DNA of 64,000 nucleotides, from positions 4,135-68,134 of IMG/VR virus record IMGVR_UViG_3300015050_000931; one strand, written 5' to 3'. The stretch's first letter is position 1. Each line of letters starts with the position of its first letter. This document shows, piece by piece, positions 46,115 through 56,105 of this stretch. Made by a program: the position numbers and the translations under genes. The DNA comes from a virus. Taxonomy: Duplodnaviria; Caudoviricetes. The notes under the pieces were generated by a model. It saw nothing but the letters and a program-made list of their open reading frames with translations. It searched no databases and was not told the DNA's origin.

Positions 46115-46898
46115 TATTTAAAATTTTATTTACCGTTTCTTTTAATCCCTTGTATTTAAATGCCGCTTGATTGTATGCGATTGCAGCTTCTTCTGCTGTC
46201 ATAAAATGACCTAAACCAATATTTTTACCATTATGAAATATTGTTGAGATATACTTTTTAATCCCTTTACCTTTTCTATTTAATGAAACTCCTGTAAAAC
46301 CGGTTGCATTGTTCTTTCCTACTACCCTATGCTCCAATGGAGGGTTTGCTATAATTTGTTTTTGTTCTTCCGTAAATTCGTTTAATCGTGCAAATTCTCC
46401 GTGATATTTTATTGCCACTTCATTATATCTTGCGGCAGCCAATAAAGGGTTTTTAAATCTACCAAAACTTCTAAGTAACCCATCCTTTACTAATTGAACT
46501 ACATAAAGATTCTTTTTACTAATGAATGAAACTCCTTTCCACGGGACTTTCTTTTTTGATGACGCTATTGAATTTGCGGCGTTTTGGGAAGCTGTTGCTA
46601 TTCTTAAATTTGATTTTCTGTTATTAAGCCCATTGCGGTCTTTATGGTCTATTATTTTACAGTTCGGGAAATTTAATACAAACCTATGAATAGAGCATAT
46701 GCTTTTACCAACCCCTCTACCATAACAATAAAAAACCTGCTTTGGTTTCCGTACATACCACCCTACTTTTAATACCTTATCTAAATCTTCTTTGTCTATA
46801 AAAAGAGATAATTCTCCCCACTTATTAGTTGGTATAACAATTTCAACTCCATCGTTTAAATATATTATCTCCTTATATTGTAACCCTATTTTTTTCAT
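46107..46898 (-). CDS. HNH homing endonuclease with two AP2 domains
   Basis: IDHKDRNGLNNRKSNLRIATASQN plus two AP2 repeats (LGHFMTAEEAAIAYN). Confidence 0.88.
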   Translation of the reverse strand: MKKIGLQYKEIIYLNDGVEIVIPTNKWGELSLFIDKEDLDKVLKVGWYVRKPKQVFYCYGRGVGKSICSIHRFVLNFPNCKIIDHKDRNGLNNRKSNLRIATASQNAANSIASSKKKVPWKGVSFISKKNLYVVQLVKDGLLRSFGRFKNPLLAAARYNEVAIKYHGEFARLNEFTEEQKQIIANPPLEHRVVGKNNATGFTGVSLNRKGKGIKKYISTIFHNGKNIGLGHFMTAEEAAIAYNQAAFKYKGLKETVNKILNNE

Positions 46899-46906
46899 AA
46901 AAGATG

Positions 46907-48067
46907 CTATACAAAATTTGGATGAATTGGAGTTTCTGTTGGCACTGGCGTTTCCATTCCATTTACTACAGCTTCAAGCAAAGTATTAGTTTTTGTAAAA
47001 ACGCATCCCGGACAAAGTTTTTGTGAATCCACTAAAGAATGAACCGGATTTTCATATAGCTTACCAACCTCTGACCCATGACAAACTCTCCACGGATTAG
47101 CAAACTTATGATGTGCATCCACATTCAATACTGTCGAATCACACGGAAAAACCCAATTATCAGAATTGAGGACAGGATGTGGGTATCCCAAAAAACAGGC
47201 ATGGGGTGCTGCCGGTGGTTTGTATTGTACAAAAGCAATATTGGGATTTATTATGTTAGCTACATTTTGCAATTCATCACAACGACCTGCAATTCTTTCT
47301 ACCTCTAAACAGTTGGGCAACAATCTTAGGTATGTGGGATTATACGTATCCACATAGTATTTTAATTGCTCTGTTAGCTTTGGTAACCTATCTTCTCCAT
47401 ATTCAATTTTAACGTCTTCGATAGGCGTTATAAGGTCTGCAAGCGTACTTACCTTTCCGTGATTTTTGTCAAGTGGGTCATGGTAAATATCGTGGTAAAC
47501 ATAACTGAATCCTAATGTAGTTTCACTTCCAATTTCGGGTACATAAACCTCATCTTCTTTATGGTCAAGACCTGACATTGAAATCCTTACCCATGTAAGC
47601 ATATCCATTGCTTCGGCTGTAAGCGTTTTCCAAACTAACCGTCCATTATCATCACGTTTCATCGGCATCCCATTTGTTATCATACCAATTTCAAGTCCTA
47701 AACTTTTTACGTAAGTTACCAATTCGCTTATACCAACTTTTGTTTCAGGGCATCTATAAAGTAGCGGATTGCCACCACCGCTAAGAATAACCGCTTTTAA
47801 TCCTAATGGTACTAATTGGTCAAGGTATATTTTTATATCCGACATTTTAAGTACGTTACCTTCTCTTGTAGCAACTGAACAGAAGGCGCAACTATGTTGA
47901 CAGAGGTCAGAACTCATGATATGCGTTACCACTGGAGTTCCTTTACCATTCCTTAGATTGTTCATAGCTTGCTGATGATAAAACATCTTAGAACCATCGG
48001 ATGTAAATATGCCGTTCTTGTCTTTAATTTCGTTACTCATTTGGAATTGTTTTTTCGCCTCTTTCAA
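46907..48067 (-). CDS. radical SAM protein with C-terminal SPASM/twitch-like cysteines
   Basis: CQHSCAFC (CxxxCxxC); SGGGNPL; C-terminal C..GY...PC...CPGC. Confidence 0.88.
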   Translation of the reverse strand: MKEAKKQFQMSNEIKDKNGIFTSDGSKMFYHQQAMNNLRNGKGTPVVTHIMSSDLCQHSCAFCSVATREGNVLKMSDIKIYLDQLVPLGLKAVILSGGGNPLLYRCPETKVGISELVTYVKSLGLEIGMITNGMPMKRDDNGRLVWKTLTAEAMDMLTWVRISMSGLDHKEDEVYVPEIGSETTLGFSYVYHDIYHDPLDKNHGKVSTLADLITPIEDVKIEYGEDRLPKLTEQLKYYVDTYNPTYLRLLPNCLEVERIAGRCDELQNVANIINPNIAFVQYKPPAAPHACFLGYPHPVLNSDNWVFPCDSTVLNVDAHHKFANPWRVCHGSEVGKLYENPVHSLVDSQKLCPGCVFTKTNTLLEAVVNGMETPVPTETPIHPNFV

Positions 48068-48779
48068 GACGTTGGTAATTTAATTCGTTGAATTGTTTTT
48101 TGCCCGGATAAGAGTTTCTGAAAAACGGGTGGTAGTGGTCGTGAAAAACTGTTAAGCTATCATCAACGATATGTAATGGTTCTCCACCTGTTCTACTATC
48201 TATTATTCTTTCGTGCATTTTTATGTTGGATACATAGCTTATTTCAGGTACGTTTCTTACTATTCTTAATTGGTAATCGGGAATTAAATGCCAGTTCTGT
48301 GTTGGGTTTTTGTGGGTGAAGTCCATCCAATGCCTACGGATAGTCCTTACTGCCATTATGGAAGGGTTGTTTTGTATAACATCTTTTAAAGCATGACCTT
48401 GAATATTTAGGTTATTGGTATTCGTTACCGTTAGATTGGGTGGTACATGAGAAACAATATCCCATGAATCATTCCCTTCGCATTTTAGTTCGGGCATATA
48501 CGGATTAAATCTTTCATCAGCATCCAATATCATTGCCCATTCGCATCCGTGTTCATGGATAAGCCTTGAACGTATTATTCCAAAGCCATTGTCTATATCA
48601 TCAAAAACAAGTTTAACTCCAAACTGTTCACATAGTTCAATAGTTCCATCAGTTGAATAAGCCCCGTTTGGCCCTGAATGAACTACAAATATTTCATCAA
48701 AATATTGTGAGGCTGTTTCTAATAAACCTCTTAGGGCTATTACGTCATTGTAAACATTAATTGATGCGGCTATGCTCAT
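48033..48779 (-). CDS. GT2-family glycosyltransferase
   Basis: EIFVVHSG..STDGTIE...WAMILDADER motif. Confidence 0.82.
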   Translation of the reverse strand: MSIAASINVYNDVIALRGLLETASQYFDEIFVVHSGPNGAYSTDGTIELCEQFGVKLVFDDIDNGFGIIRSRLIHEHGCEWAMILDADERFNPYMPELKCEGNDSWDIVSHVPPNLTVTNTNNLNIQGHALKDVIQNNPSIMAVRTIRRHWMDFTHKNPTQNWHLIPDYQLRIVRNVPEISYVSNIKMHERIIDSRTGGEPLHIVDDSLTVFHDHYHPFFRNSYPGKKQFNELNYQRLERGEKTIPNE

Positions 48780-48780
48780 A

Positions 48781-49428
48781 TTATTTTTTTAATTTTTTGC
48801 AGTAAATTATTCCGGTAGAACCCTCAAATTGTTCGCTGGCTTTTTTCAAACTTGGGATTTTTTGAGAAACAAAGATAGTAAAATCATTGGCAAATGGTTC
48901 TATTAAATCAACCCATCCTTGTATTGTTTTTCGGTGGATATGTGTCTTATCAAGTTCATCATTTGGATAGATATATTCACCCCCTTCACTCTTTGCAAGT
49001 GGTACTATAAATATCGCTGCTTCGGTACAAATGCTAAATAATTTTTCAAGTGTGTTTGGAAGAACTTCTGTTGGTATATGTTCCAAAACATCCTTTGAAA
49101 AGATATAATTAAATGTTGGTGGGTAATCTTCAATCTTATTAGAAACATATCCCCTTACATCTTCATGGCAGTTTTTTATAGCCCATTCTGATATATCAAC
49201 ACCAAAAGACCTTACATCATGCTCTCTTAATGCTTTAACAAAATAGCCACGAGAACATCCAAAATCCAAAACAGTAGCTTCTTTTTCAATCCCAAATATA
49301 TCAATAAACGATTTAGCCATTGGTAATGTAAGTTCGGGAAGCCACTTATAATCCACATAATTACTTATACCACTTTCTATTCCATTCATGTAGTAATCTT
49401 CTCCAAATGTTTCTGTTTTTTCTATCAT
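48781..49428 (-). CDS. class I SAM methyltransferase
   Basis: VLDFGCSRGYFV...GVDISEWAI...SKDVLEHI. Confidence 0.85.
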   Translation of the reverse strand: MIEKTETFGEDYYMNGIESGISNYVDYKWLPELTLPMAKSFIDIFGIEKEATVLDFGCSRGYFVKALREHDVRSFGVDISEWAIKNCHEDVRGYVSNKIEDYPPTFNYIFSKDVLEHIPTEVLPNTLEKLFSICTEAAIFIVPLAKSEGGEYIYPNDELDKTHIHRKTIQGWVDLIEPFANDFTIFVSQKIPSLKKASEQFEGSTGIIYCKKLKK

Positions 49429-49687
49429 TTATTTATTTTTTCAAGTTTACTTATCCATTGCTTTATTTCCGATATTTCCCAAAGTGGTTTTATGTAAGGG
49501 TTAGGCTCTTTCCATACCATCTTTAACCTTTGCTTGTAGCGTTGTATTAGTTCTTGTTCCATTTCTTTTTTATTTTAATTGGATACTCATCATAGGTTTT
49601 GGTAAATAACTTTTTAAATAATAGTTTAATAAAGGTAAGCAGGTTCTTTATTGGTATTGGATTGTTTGGGTTTCCCATGCTTATTTT

Positions 49688-49921
49688 TTATGATTTGGCA
49701 CAAAGTAAATCAAGGAAATTTTTTGCTGCGTTATTTGCTATTGCGTGAATATTAAGGTCATCTAAAAAATCGACTTTTTCTTTACTACGATTATATTCAT
49801 CTTGAAAAGCCATTGCTATGTTTGCTTGCCATGAGTAGTAGTAACTACCTTCGCTTTTATCTTCATTCATAGCATTTGTTATAACTGTAATTGCTTCGGG
49901 AATTGTTGGATGATTTGCCAT
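49688..49921 (-). CDS. hypothetical phage protein
   Basis: 77 aa; YYYSWQANIAMAFQDEY motif. Confidence 0.6.
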   Translation of the reverse strand: MANHPTIPEAITVITNAMNEDKSEGSYYYSWQANIAMAFQDEYNRSKEKVDFLDDLNIHAIANNAAKNFLDLLCAKS

Positions 49922-50077
49922 TATACTGTTTTATATTGTTTACTAAAATAATTTTTTAAAATTGAGGAAGGAGTGGAAACCCCTTCCGTTTAACCAAAAC
50001 TATAACTCTGCGCTTATGAAAAAATATTTAGAACCCTTGTTCTGTGTGTACTTCGTAATCTGTTTCGTTCATTGTTT

Positions 50078-50686
50078 TTATTTTTGTGGGTTAAACTTTG
50101 TTTCTACCGTTCTTAGTTTTGCTCTTAAATCTATCAAAAGAATTTTTAGTTCTTCTCTTGAATGTTTGTAAGGTGTTGTGGCAATCTCTCTTAATTGGTT
50201 TGGAAGTCCTTCGTGTTCTTCGTTTAATCGTTTTTCGTACACTTCCATATTACCATCTTGGTTCTCATTACAGTTCTTACATTGTACCCTTGCGTTTCTG
50301 AAATCCCACCTTAGTTCTGTATTAGCCCTTTTAATAAAATGCCCACATTGTTGCATACTCCAATGCTTCTTTGTTCCACAAGTATAACAATCACAGTAAC
50401 CATTTTTATCCGATGCTGTCATCCTTACAACCCTTGAAAAACAAAAATCCAAATCATTTACCAACGCTTGCCTTTCAGCTTCAAAGTAATTCCCTTCACT
50501 TACTTGCTTATTACCTAAACTTCTTACTTTACTATTTTGATTTGCTTTTTGTGTGTACTGTTTTGTTTTCATGGCTCTGTAACTGTCCATGCAGTAAAAG
50601 TTCTTCCCTACCTTTCTCCCTGCCACATCTTTACCATTACATCCACAACTACAATTTCCTACCTTAAATGTTGGTAAAGTACTCAT
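50078..50686 (-). CDS. NinG/Rap-like recombination endonuclease
   Basis: CYTCG...QCGHFIKR...LRWDFRNARVQCKNCN. Confidence 0.85.
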   Translation of the reverse strand: MSTLPTFKVGNCSCGCNGKDVAGRKVGKNFYCMDSYRAMKTKQYTQKANQNSKVRSLGNKQVSEGNYFEAERQALVNDLDFCFSRVVRMTASDKNGYCDCYTCGTKKHWSMQQCGHFIKRANTELRWDFRNARVQCKNCNENQDGNMEVYEKRLNEEHEGLPNQLREIATTPYKHSREELKILLIDLRAKLRTVETKFNPQK

Positions 50687-50919
50687 ATTGATAAATCGGT
50701 ATTAAGTATTTCTGAAAGTGCTGTTAGTTCTGTTTCTGTAAATTCCTTATGACCTTTCTTTTTTTGGGAAAACGTAGTATCTGTAATTGTATCAAACCCT
50801 TTTTTATTCATACAGGCTATAATCCAAACCTGCTTTCTACCTTCGGACTTTATTGCCCTGTCAATCCTTTCCCCCAATGTTAATTTTTTTGCCGTCATTA
50901 TCTTTGATTTAATTTGCAA
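50683..50919 (-). CDS. Cro/XRE-like HTH regulator
   Basis: TLGERIDRAIK..GRKQVWI...FSQKKKG...FTETELTALSEILN. Confidence 0.65.
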   Translation of the reverse strand: MQIKSKIMTAKKLTLGERIDRAIKSEGRKQVWIIACMNKKGFDTITDTTFSQKKKGHKEFTETELTALSEILNTDLSI

Positions 50920-50952
50920 GGTACAAATCTTTTTGAAATAAAAAAATATTTT

Positions 50953-50982
50953 TTTGTTTGGTGAAATAAATTATACCTTTAC
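50953..50982 (+). promoter_or_regulatory. promoter for the tRNA-like/replication transcript
   Basis: TTTG at 50953 and TACCTTTA at 50974. Confidence 0.5.
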
Positions 50983-51066
50983 ATTCTACCCCATCCAAAC
51001 TATCATAATATACGAGCCAAAAAAATGGTGGAGTAAAAGATAAGTGGATAGGGGTTTAAGTTCTTT

Positions 51067-51186
51067 GGGGAGTTAGCTCAGTTGGTTAGAGCGATTGTAT
51101 GCGGTAAAGTCCTTTGATAGAGGAAACCTTAAAAAGCTATTAAGGTTCGGTTCAGTAGGTCGGTAGTTCAAGTCTACCACTCTCCA
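51067..51186 (+). tRNA. tRNA-like gene 1 with expanded anticodon domain
   Basis: Acceptor GGGGAGT/ACTCTCC; D arm GCTC-AGTTGGTTA-GAGC; T arm GGTAG-TTCAAGT-CTACC; ~55 nt in place of the 7-nt anticodon loop. Confidence 0.7.
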
Positions 51187-51188
51187 CA

Positions 51189-51296
51189 TGGGTAATAGAA
51201 TAACGGTAGTTCGGCATCCTGTACAGGTCTTTGGCTTTTCTTGGCTTATAAGATAACGGAGTAGATGCAGTGGTGGTTCAATTCCATCTTACCCTA
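51189..51296 (+). tRNA. tRNA-like gene 2 with expanded anticodon domain
   Basis: GGGTAA/TTACCC acceptor; D arm GAAT/GTTC; anticodon stem GCATC/GATGC enclosing 45 nt starting CTGTA; T arm GGTGG-TTCAATT-CCATC. Confidence 0.65.
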
Positions 51297-51318
51297 CTAA
51301 TTTTTAAAACCATTACCA

Positions 51319-51504
51319 ATGATACCACCCAATAAAATAACGATTATAACTGATGGTAATGTTTTGGAATTATTGGAAACAAAAAAACCACCCAAAGGAG
51401 AAGTAACCTTTATCTATAAATATTCTAAAAGTAAAAGTAAGTTAGGGGAACTACTGGCTCTTAATGAAGTGGATTTGAATAAACTTATAAAACAAAATAC
51501 ATAA
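51319..51504 (+). CDS. hypothetical protein
   Basis: 61-aa ORF. Confidence 0.55.
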   Translation: MIPPNKITIITDGNVLELLETKKPPKGEVTFIYKYSKSKSKLGELLALNEVDLNKLIKQNT

Positions 51505-51646
51505 TCATGGACACCTTCTTTTATTATTCAGGAATTATATTTTGGGGTATAATAGCTTTATGCTCTATTGCTTTATTGGCTCTATGTTTAATAGCAAATA
51601 ATATTCCTGATAATAGGGATGAATACTAACTTTTAAAACAAAAATT

Positions 51647-52048
51647 ATGGATAATTTACGTTTCCTTACAGAAATACTAATGAGTGAATCTGAATATTGG
51701 GTAGCATTAAAGGTTGATGAATGGTCATCAGGAAAGCATGATAAAAGCGTATGGCTAATAAGTATAAACCCAAAAATAAGGCGTGGACTAAAAAAAGAAG
51801 AAATACTACTTACTGATTTGGAAGCATTAAGAAGTTCAGAGCCATCAAATATTTCGTTAAGTAATTCGTATGCACCATTCCAATTAGGAATAAGTATGTA
51901 CAATTTTACACAAGGTTATCCCGTAACATCAGATGTAAAACAATTCCTAATAGATGCACTTGCACTACAAAGCCAAGATATTTATGACTACCAATCATTG
52001 ATAAAACAACCCGAACCAAAAACTGAATTAATTACTACTAACCAATAA
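51647..52048 (+). CDS. hypothetical protein
   Basis: 133-aa ORF with A-rich leader. Confidence 0.6.
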   Translation: MDNLRFLTEILMSESEYWVALKVDEWSSGKHDKSVWLISINPKIRRGLKKEEILLTDLEALRSSEPSNISLSNSYAPFQLGISMYNFTQGYPVTSDVKQFLIDALALQSQDIYDYQSLIKQPEPKTELITTNQ

Positions 52049-52062
52049 AAAACAAACTACTC

Positions 52063-52410
52063 ATGGAATCAATTAACGAAAAACTTGCGTCCCCGACTAA
52101 TCAGTGGTCTAAGGCTCTTTACATCCTAATTGACAGTTATAATGGTGGGGTTAATATGCTTAAAGTATTACAGGATTACGACAGGAACTTTTGGAAATTC
52201 CAGACAAGGGTAAGTGATATTTTAAAGTGGCATCCCGATTTAGTAATTTCCAAAACATCTATTCCGTTCCATTCCAAACTATCTGATACCAGTGGATATT
52301 ATACCCATTACACCTTAATTTCAAATAAAGTTCACTGTATAAACCTTTACAACAAGATAAATAAACTTGGTCTATACCGTTCTCATAAACCAAAAACTGA
52401 AAAAATATGA
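52063..52410 (+). CDS. hypothetical protein (possible winged HTH)
   Basis: 115-aa ORF. Confidence 0.55.
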   Translation: MESINEKLASPTNQWSKALYILIDSYNGGVNMLKVLQDYDRNFWKFQTRVSDILKWHPDLVISKTSIPFHSKLSDTSGYYTHYTLISNKVHCINLYNKINKLGLYRSHKPKTEKI

Positions 52411-52805
52411 AAAAATCAACATTACTACTTATATTTAGCTTCATAGCTTTAATAAGTTTTAGTCAATCAAGAATTGGTTCTACTGCCAATGATATTAAAG
52501 AAGAATTTAGCGATAATGTATATAACCTTAAATCAGGTTATGATAAAGATGGCGACTATTACATTAAAATTGATGAAAAAAGAGCCACAGTTTTATATTA
52601 TTTCAATGAAAATAAATTATGCTACATGACCATTATATCCCCCGATAATCAAGGGGCTTTAAACTGGTACGTAGAAAGGTATAACAAACTTTATGTTATT
52701 ACTTCTTCTACCACATGGAAAATGTACAGCGAATATGGAGTATCTAATATAGAACTTTTTTACCCTAAAGGAGGTGGGTATATGTTCATTTGGAAAAAAG
52801 ATTAA
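52407..52805 (+). CDS. exported protein
   Basis: MKKSTLLLIFSFIALISFS-Q signal peptide. Confidence 0.65.
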   Translation: MKKSTLLLIFSFIALISFSQSRIGSTANDIKEEFSDNVYNLKSGYDKDGDYYIKIDEKRATVLYYFNENKLCYMTIISPDNQGALNWYVERYNKLYVITSSTTWKMYSEYGVSNIELFYPKGGGYMFIWKKD

Positions 52806-52950
52806 AATAATTTTTGGTTGTTTAAGAATAAGTGCTACTTTTATGCCGCAAAACAATTTTTACGCATGATTTCAATTACAACATACATTTAATTTTTATA
52901 ACGGGCTTTTCCCTGTTGCTTTTTTATTCTACACCGTAGCGTAAATTGTT

Positions 52951-53655
52951 TTGCAACGGCAACGGGGAAAAGCCATTGATTTTTATATCAATATGGCAAA
53001 AGACCCTGCGTTTTTGTTTTATACAGGTGACTTCTCTACTGGAACGCAGTTTTTTACTGACGAACAAGTAGGTAAATACGTTAGGTTATTAATGGCTCAA
53101 CATCAGTTAGGACATTTAGAAGAAAAACATATGATTTTGATATGTAAAACATATGATAAAGATGTGTTTTCTAAGTTTACTAAAGATTCAAAAGGTTTGT
53201 ATTACAATGAAAGACTTGAAAATGAAGTAGTTAAACGTAAAAATTACTCTTTAAGTAGGTCTGAAAATAGAAAGAAGAAAAACGACATATCTGAAACATA
53301 TGTTCCACATATGGAAAATAAAAATAAAGATATATTACTTAATACTCTTACTATATCTAATGCTGCATGGGAAACTGAAAAAAAACTTTTCTTAAATGCC
53401 GAAGAATGGCAAATGAAACAATGCACAGAATTTAAACTTAGTAGAGATAGGATGATTGAATACGTAAATGAATTTTTAAAGGAACAGGACAATAAGGAAG
53501 ATTACAAAGATGTAAAGGAATTAAAAAAACATTGGTACGGTTGGTATAAGAGAAATAAACTTAATAAATCTAATGGGTTTCAACAAACGGAACTTTCAGA
53601 TTATCAAAAGAAATTACTTGCTGATAGGGAAATGTTTAAAAACAAAACTGCTTAA
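52951..53655 (+). CDS. replication initiator/replisome organiser (probable start 52993, MAKDPAF)
   Basis: MAKDPAFLFYTGDF..G....T.EQVGKYVRLLM N-terminus (DUF1376/Lin1244-like); precedes the primase-helicase. Confidence 0.7.
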   Translation: MQRQRGKAIDFYINMAKDPAFLFYTGDFSTGTQFFTDEQVGKYVRLLMAQHQLGHLEEKHMILICKTYDKDVFSKFTKDSKGLYYNERLENEVVKRKNYSLSRSENRKKKNDISETYVPHMENKNKDILLNTLTISNAAWETEKKLFLNAEEWQMKQCTEFKLSRDRMIEYVNEFLKEQDNKEDYKDVKELKKHWYGWYKRNKLNKSNGFQQTELSDYQKKLLADREMFKNKTA

Positions 53656-55526
53656 TGATTACTATATTCAAAAATATTTATTCAAAAGAACCTTTTTACG
53701 TAGAGGTTGATATAGCGTTAGAACGCATACAAAAAGGTAATAGTAAGCAACTTTGCGAAGATATTCGTAATACCATTGATAAAGAGAAAAGGCAAACATT
53801 AAAATCAAACCTTCCAGCAGTACTTTTTAGCGGAACATTTACAAAGGAAAGAAAGGATAATTGTTTAATTGAACATAGCGGTTTTATTGTTTTGGATTTG
53901 GATGATATAGAAAATTTAAGAGAAGTTCAAACTGAAATAATAAGCAAGGATATAGTTTATGCTTGTTGGGTAAGTCCATCAGGTAATGGTTTAAAGATTC
54001 TTGTAAAGATTGCTGATGGTAAAAAACACAGGGAACATTTTGCTGCTTTAAAAGAAGTTTTTCCTTTAATTGATGATAGTGGAAAAAATGAATCAAGGGT
54101 TTGTTATGAAAGTTATGACCCTGAAATTTACATTTATCCTGATTCAAAGGTATTTACCAAAACAAAGAAAACAGAAAAGGTTTATGAGAAGCAACAAGTA
54201 AACTTAGATGAACAAGAAGTTTTTAAAAAACTATTAGTTTGGCTTTCAAATAAGAACGAAGCGTTTGTAACAGGTGAAAGAAACAATTTTATTTTTAAAC
54301 TTGCTTCTGCTTGTTGTAAGTTCGGGATAAATGAGATGTCATGTATGCACTTTATCAATACCGAATTTCTTATTAATTCACAGTTTTCCACTAAAGAAGC
54401 TGAACGTACCATAAGAAGTGCTTATAAGGCTAATTCGGCAAGATATGGTTCTGCATCATTCGATAAAGAAGTATTAGTTGATAGAGTAACAAGGCAGGAA
54501 ATTAAACTTGACCCTACAATTTTTGATGAAGGGATAAGACCTAAAGATGTTATATATGGAGTTGATGTTAAGGATAAGGCAATGGAATTATACGATAAGG
54601 GATACAATCGTGTTGATGGATTAGGAATACCTGAACTTGACTTTCATTTCAAACCTAAACGTGGTGAAATAACATTACTTACAGGCATCGGTAACTATGG
54701 TAAATCTTCTTTTAAAAAATGGTATCACTGTATGAGAGTTTTGATGTACGGAGAAAAGTTTGCATCATTTTCACCAGAGGATAACCCACCAGAGGAATAC
54801 TACCATGACTATGTAGAAATACTTTTAGGTTGTGATTGTACACCTGCTAATCCTAATAGACCATCAAGGCAGACTTATGAATACGTTTACGATTGGGTAT
54901 CAAAACATATCTTTTATGTTTACCCAAAGGATGTAGAGCCAACCCCTGCATATGTAATGGAAATATTTTTAGAGTTGATTATAAAAGAAAAAATTGATGG
55001 TGTTGATATTGACCCTTTTAATCAAATGACCAATGAATACGGTAAATCAGGAAGAACGGATAAATACCTTGAATGGGTGCTTTCTTTGTTTGGTAGGTTT
55101 GCTCAAATGAATGATGTATATTTTTGGATTGTAGCACACCCTAAACTTATGAAAAAAGGGGGTGATGGTAACTATGAATGTCCTGATGTATTTGATGTAA
55201 ATGACGGGGCTATGTGGAATAATAAAATGGATAATATTCTTGTTTATCACAGACCTTTTGCTCAATCAGACCCCCCTAACCCAACTTGTGAATTTCATAG
55301 TAAAAAGATTAGAAGGCAAAAGACAGTAGGTAAAAAAGGGTTTTTCTTATTTGAAATGGATTTTAAAGTAAGGCGTTTTGTTTTTGCTAATGTTGACCCA
55401 TTAAAATTACAGCTTGCTAAAAAAGAAATTTACTTTGATGAAATAAAGCCACAGGTTACAAAAGTGAATAATTGGACACCGTACAAAGATGATAATAACG
55501 AAGAAATAGATTTTTTAAATGATTAA
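53655..55526 (+). CDS. primase-helicase (BT4734/VirE-N-like + PriCT-1 + DnaB/Twinkle-like helicase)
   Basis: KSNLPAVLFSGTF, WVSPSGNGLK, GERNNFIFKLA, Walker A TGIGNYGKS, IDPFN, VAHP. Confidence 0.85.
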   Translation: MITIFKNIYSKEPFYVEVDIALERIQKGNSKQLCEDIRNTIDKEKRQTLKSNLPAVLFSGTFTKERKDNCLIEHSGFIVLDLDDIENLREVQTEIISKDIVYACWVSPSGNGLKILVKIADGKKHREHFAALKEVFPLIDDSGKNESRVCYESYDPEIYIYPDSKVFTKTKKTEKVYEKQQVNLDEQEVFKKLLVWLSNKNEAFVTGERNNFIFKLASACCKFGINEMSCMHFINTEFLINSQFSTKEAERTIRSAYKANSARYGSASFDKEVLVDRVTRQEIKLDPTIFDEGIRPKDVIYGVDVKDKAMELYDKGYNRVDGLGIPELDFHFKPKRGEITLLTGIGNYGKSSFKKWYHCMRVLMYGEKFASFSPEDNPPEEYYHDYVEILLGCDCTPANPNRPSRQTYEYVYDWVSKHIFYVYPKDVEPTPAYVMEIFLELIIKEKIDGVDIDPFNQMTNEYGKSGRTDKYLEWVLSLFGRFAQMNDVYFWIVAHPKLMKKGGDGNYECPDVFDVNDGAMWNNKMDNILVYHRPFAQSDPPNPTCEFHSKKIRRQKTVGKKGFFLFEMDFKVRRFVFANVDPLKLQLAKKEIYFDEIKPQVTKVNNWTPYKDDNNEEIDFLND

Positions 55527-56091
55527 GGCAATAGATACACCATACGCTAACCATTTATTCCGGTCAAGGCTCGAAGCAAGGTGGGCTGTTTACTTCGATG
55601 AATTAGGAGTAAGTTGGGAGTATGAAAAGGAGGGTTTTGATTTAGGAAATGGGTTATGGTACTTACCTGATTTTTATTTACCAAAGTTTGGTATTTACGC
55701 AGAAATTAAGCCAATTAAGTTTAACTTTAAAGAACATCAAAAATGTAAAAGGCTTTCGGTATTATCTCAAAAGAAAGTTATTGAGTTAGTAGGATTACCC
55801 AATGTTAATGTATCTACTGTAATAATCCCTTCACAACATTATGTTTGTTCTAAATGTGGTAAGGCAGAAAGTTATGATATTGACGGCAAAAGAATATATT
55901 GTGAATGTAAGGCAAAGCATAATATCATAAAATCAATTAATGAAATGGATGCTATATTGCTTTTACATAGTGATAAGCCAGATTATAAGCCATTGTATTA
56001 TGCTACTTACATGGATGATTACATTAACGATAAGGTAATTCATAATGCCATTAAGAAAGCAACACAAGCAAGATTTGAATTTAATAACTAA
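55519..56091 (+). CDS. PD-(D/E)XK nuclease-like phage protein
   Basis: FRSRLEARWAVYFD...YLPDFYLP..YAEIKP. Confidence 0.75.
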   Translation: MIKAIDTPYANHLFRSRLEARWAVYFDELGVSWEYEKEGFDLGNGLWYLPDFYLPKFGIYAEIKPIKFNFKEHQKCKRLSVLSQKKVIELVGLPNVNVSTVIIPSQHYVCSKCGKAESYDIDGKRIYCECKAKHNIIKSINEMDAILLLHSDKPDYKPLYYATYMDDYINDKVIHNAIKKATQARFEFNN

Positions 56092-56105
56092 AAAAATACA
56101 CGATT

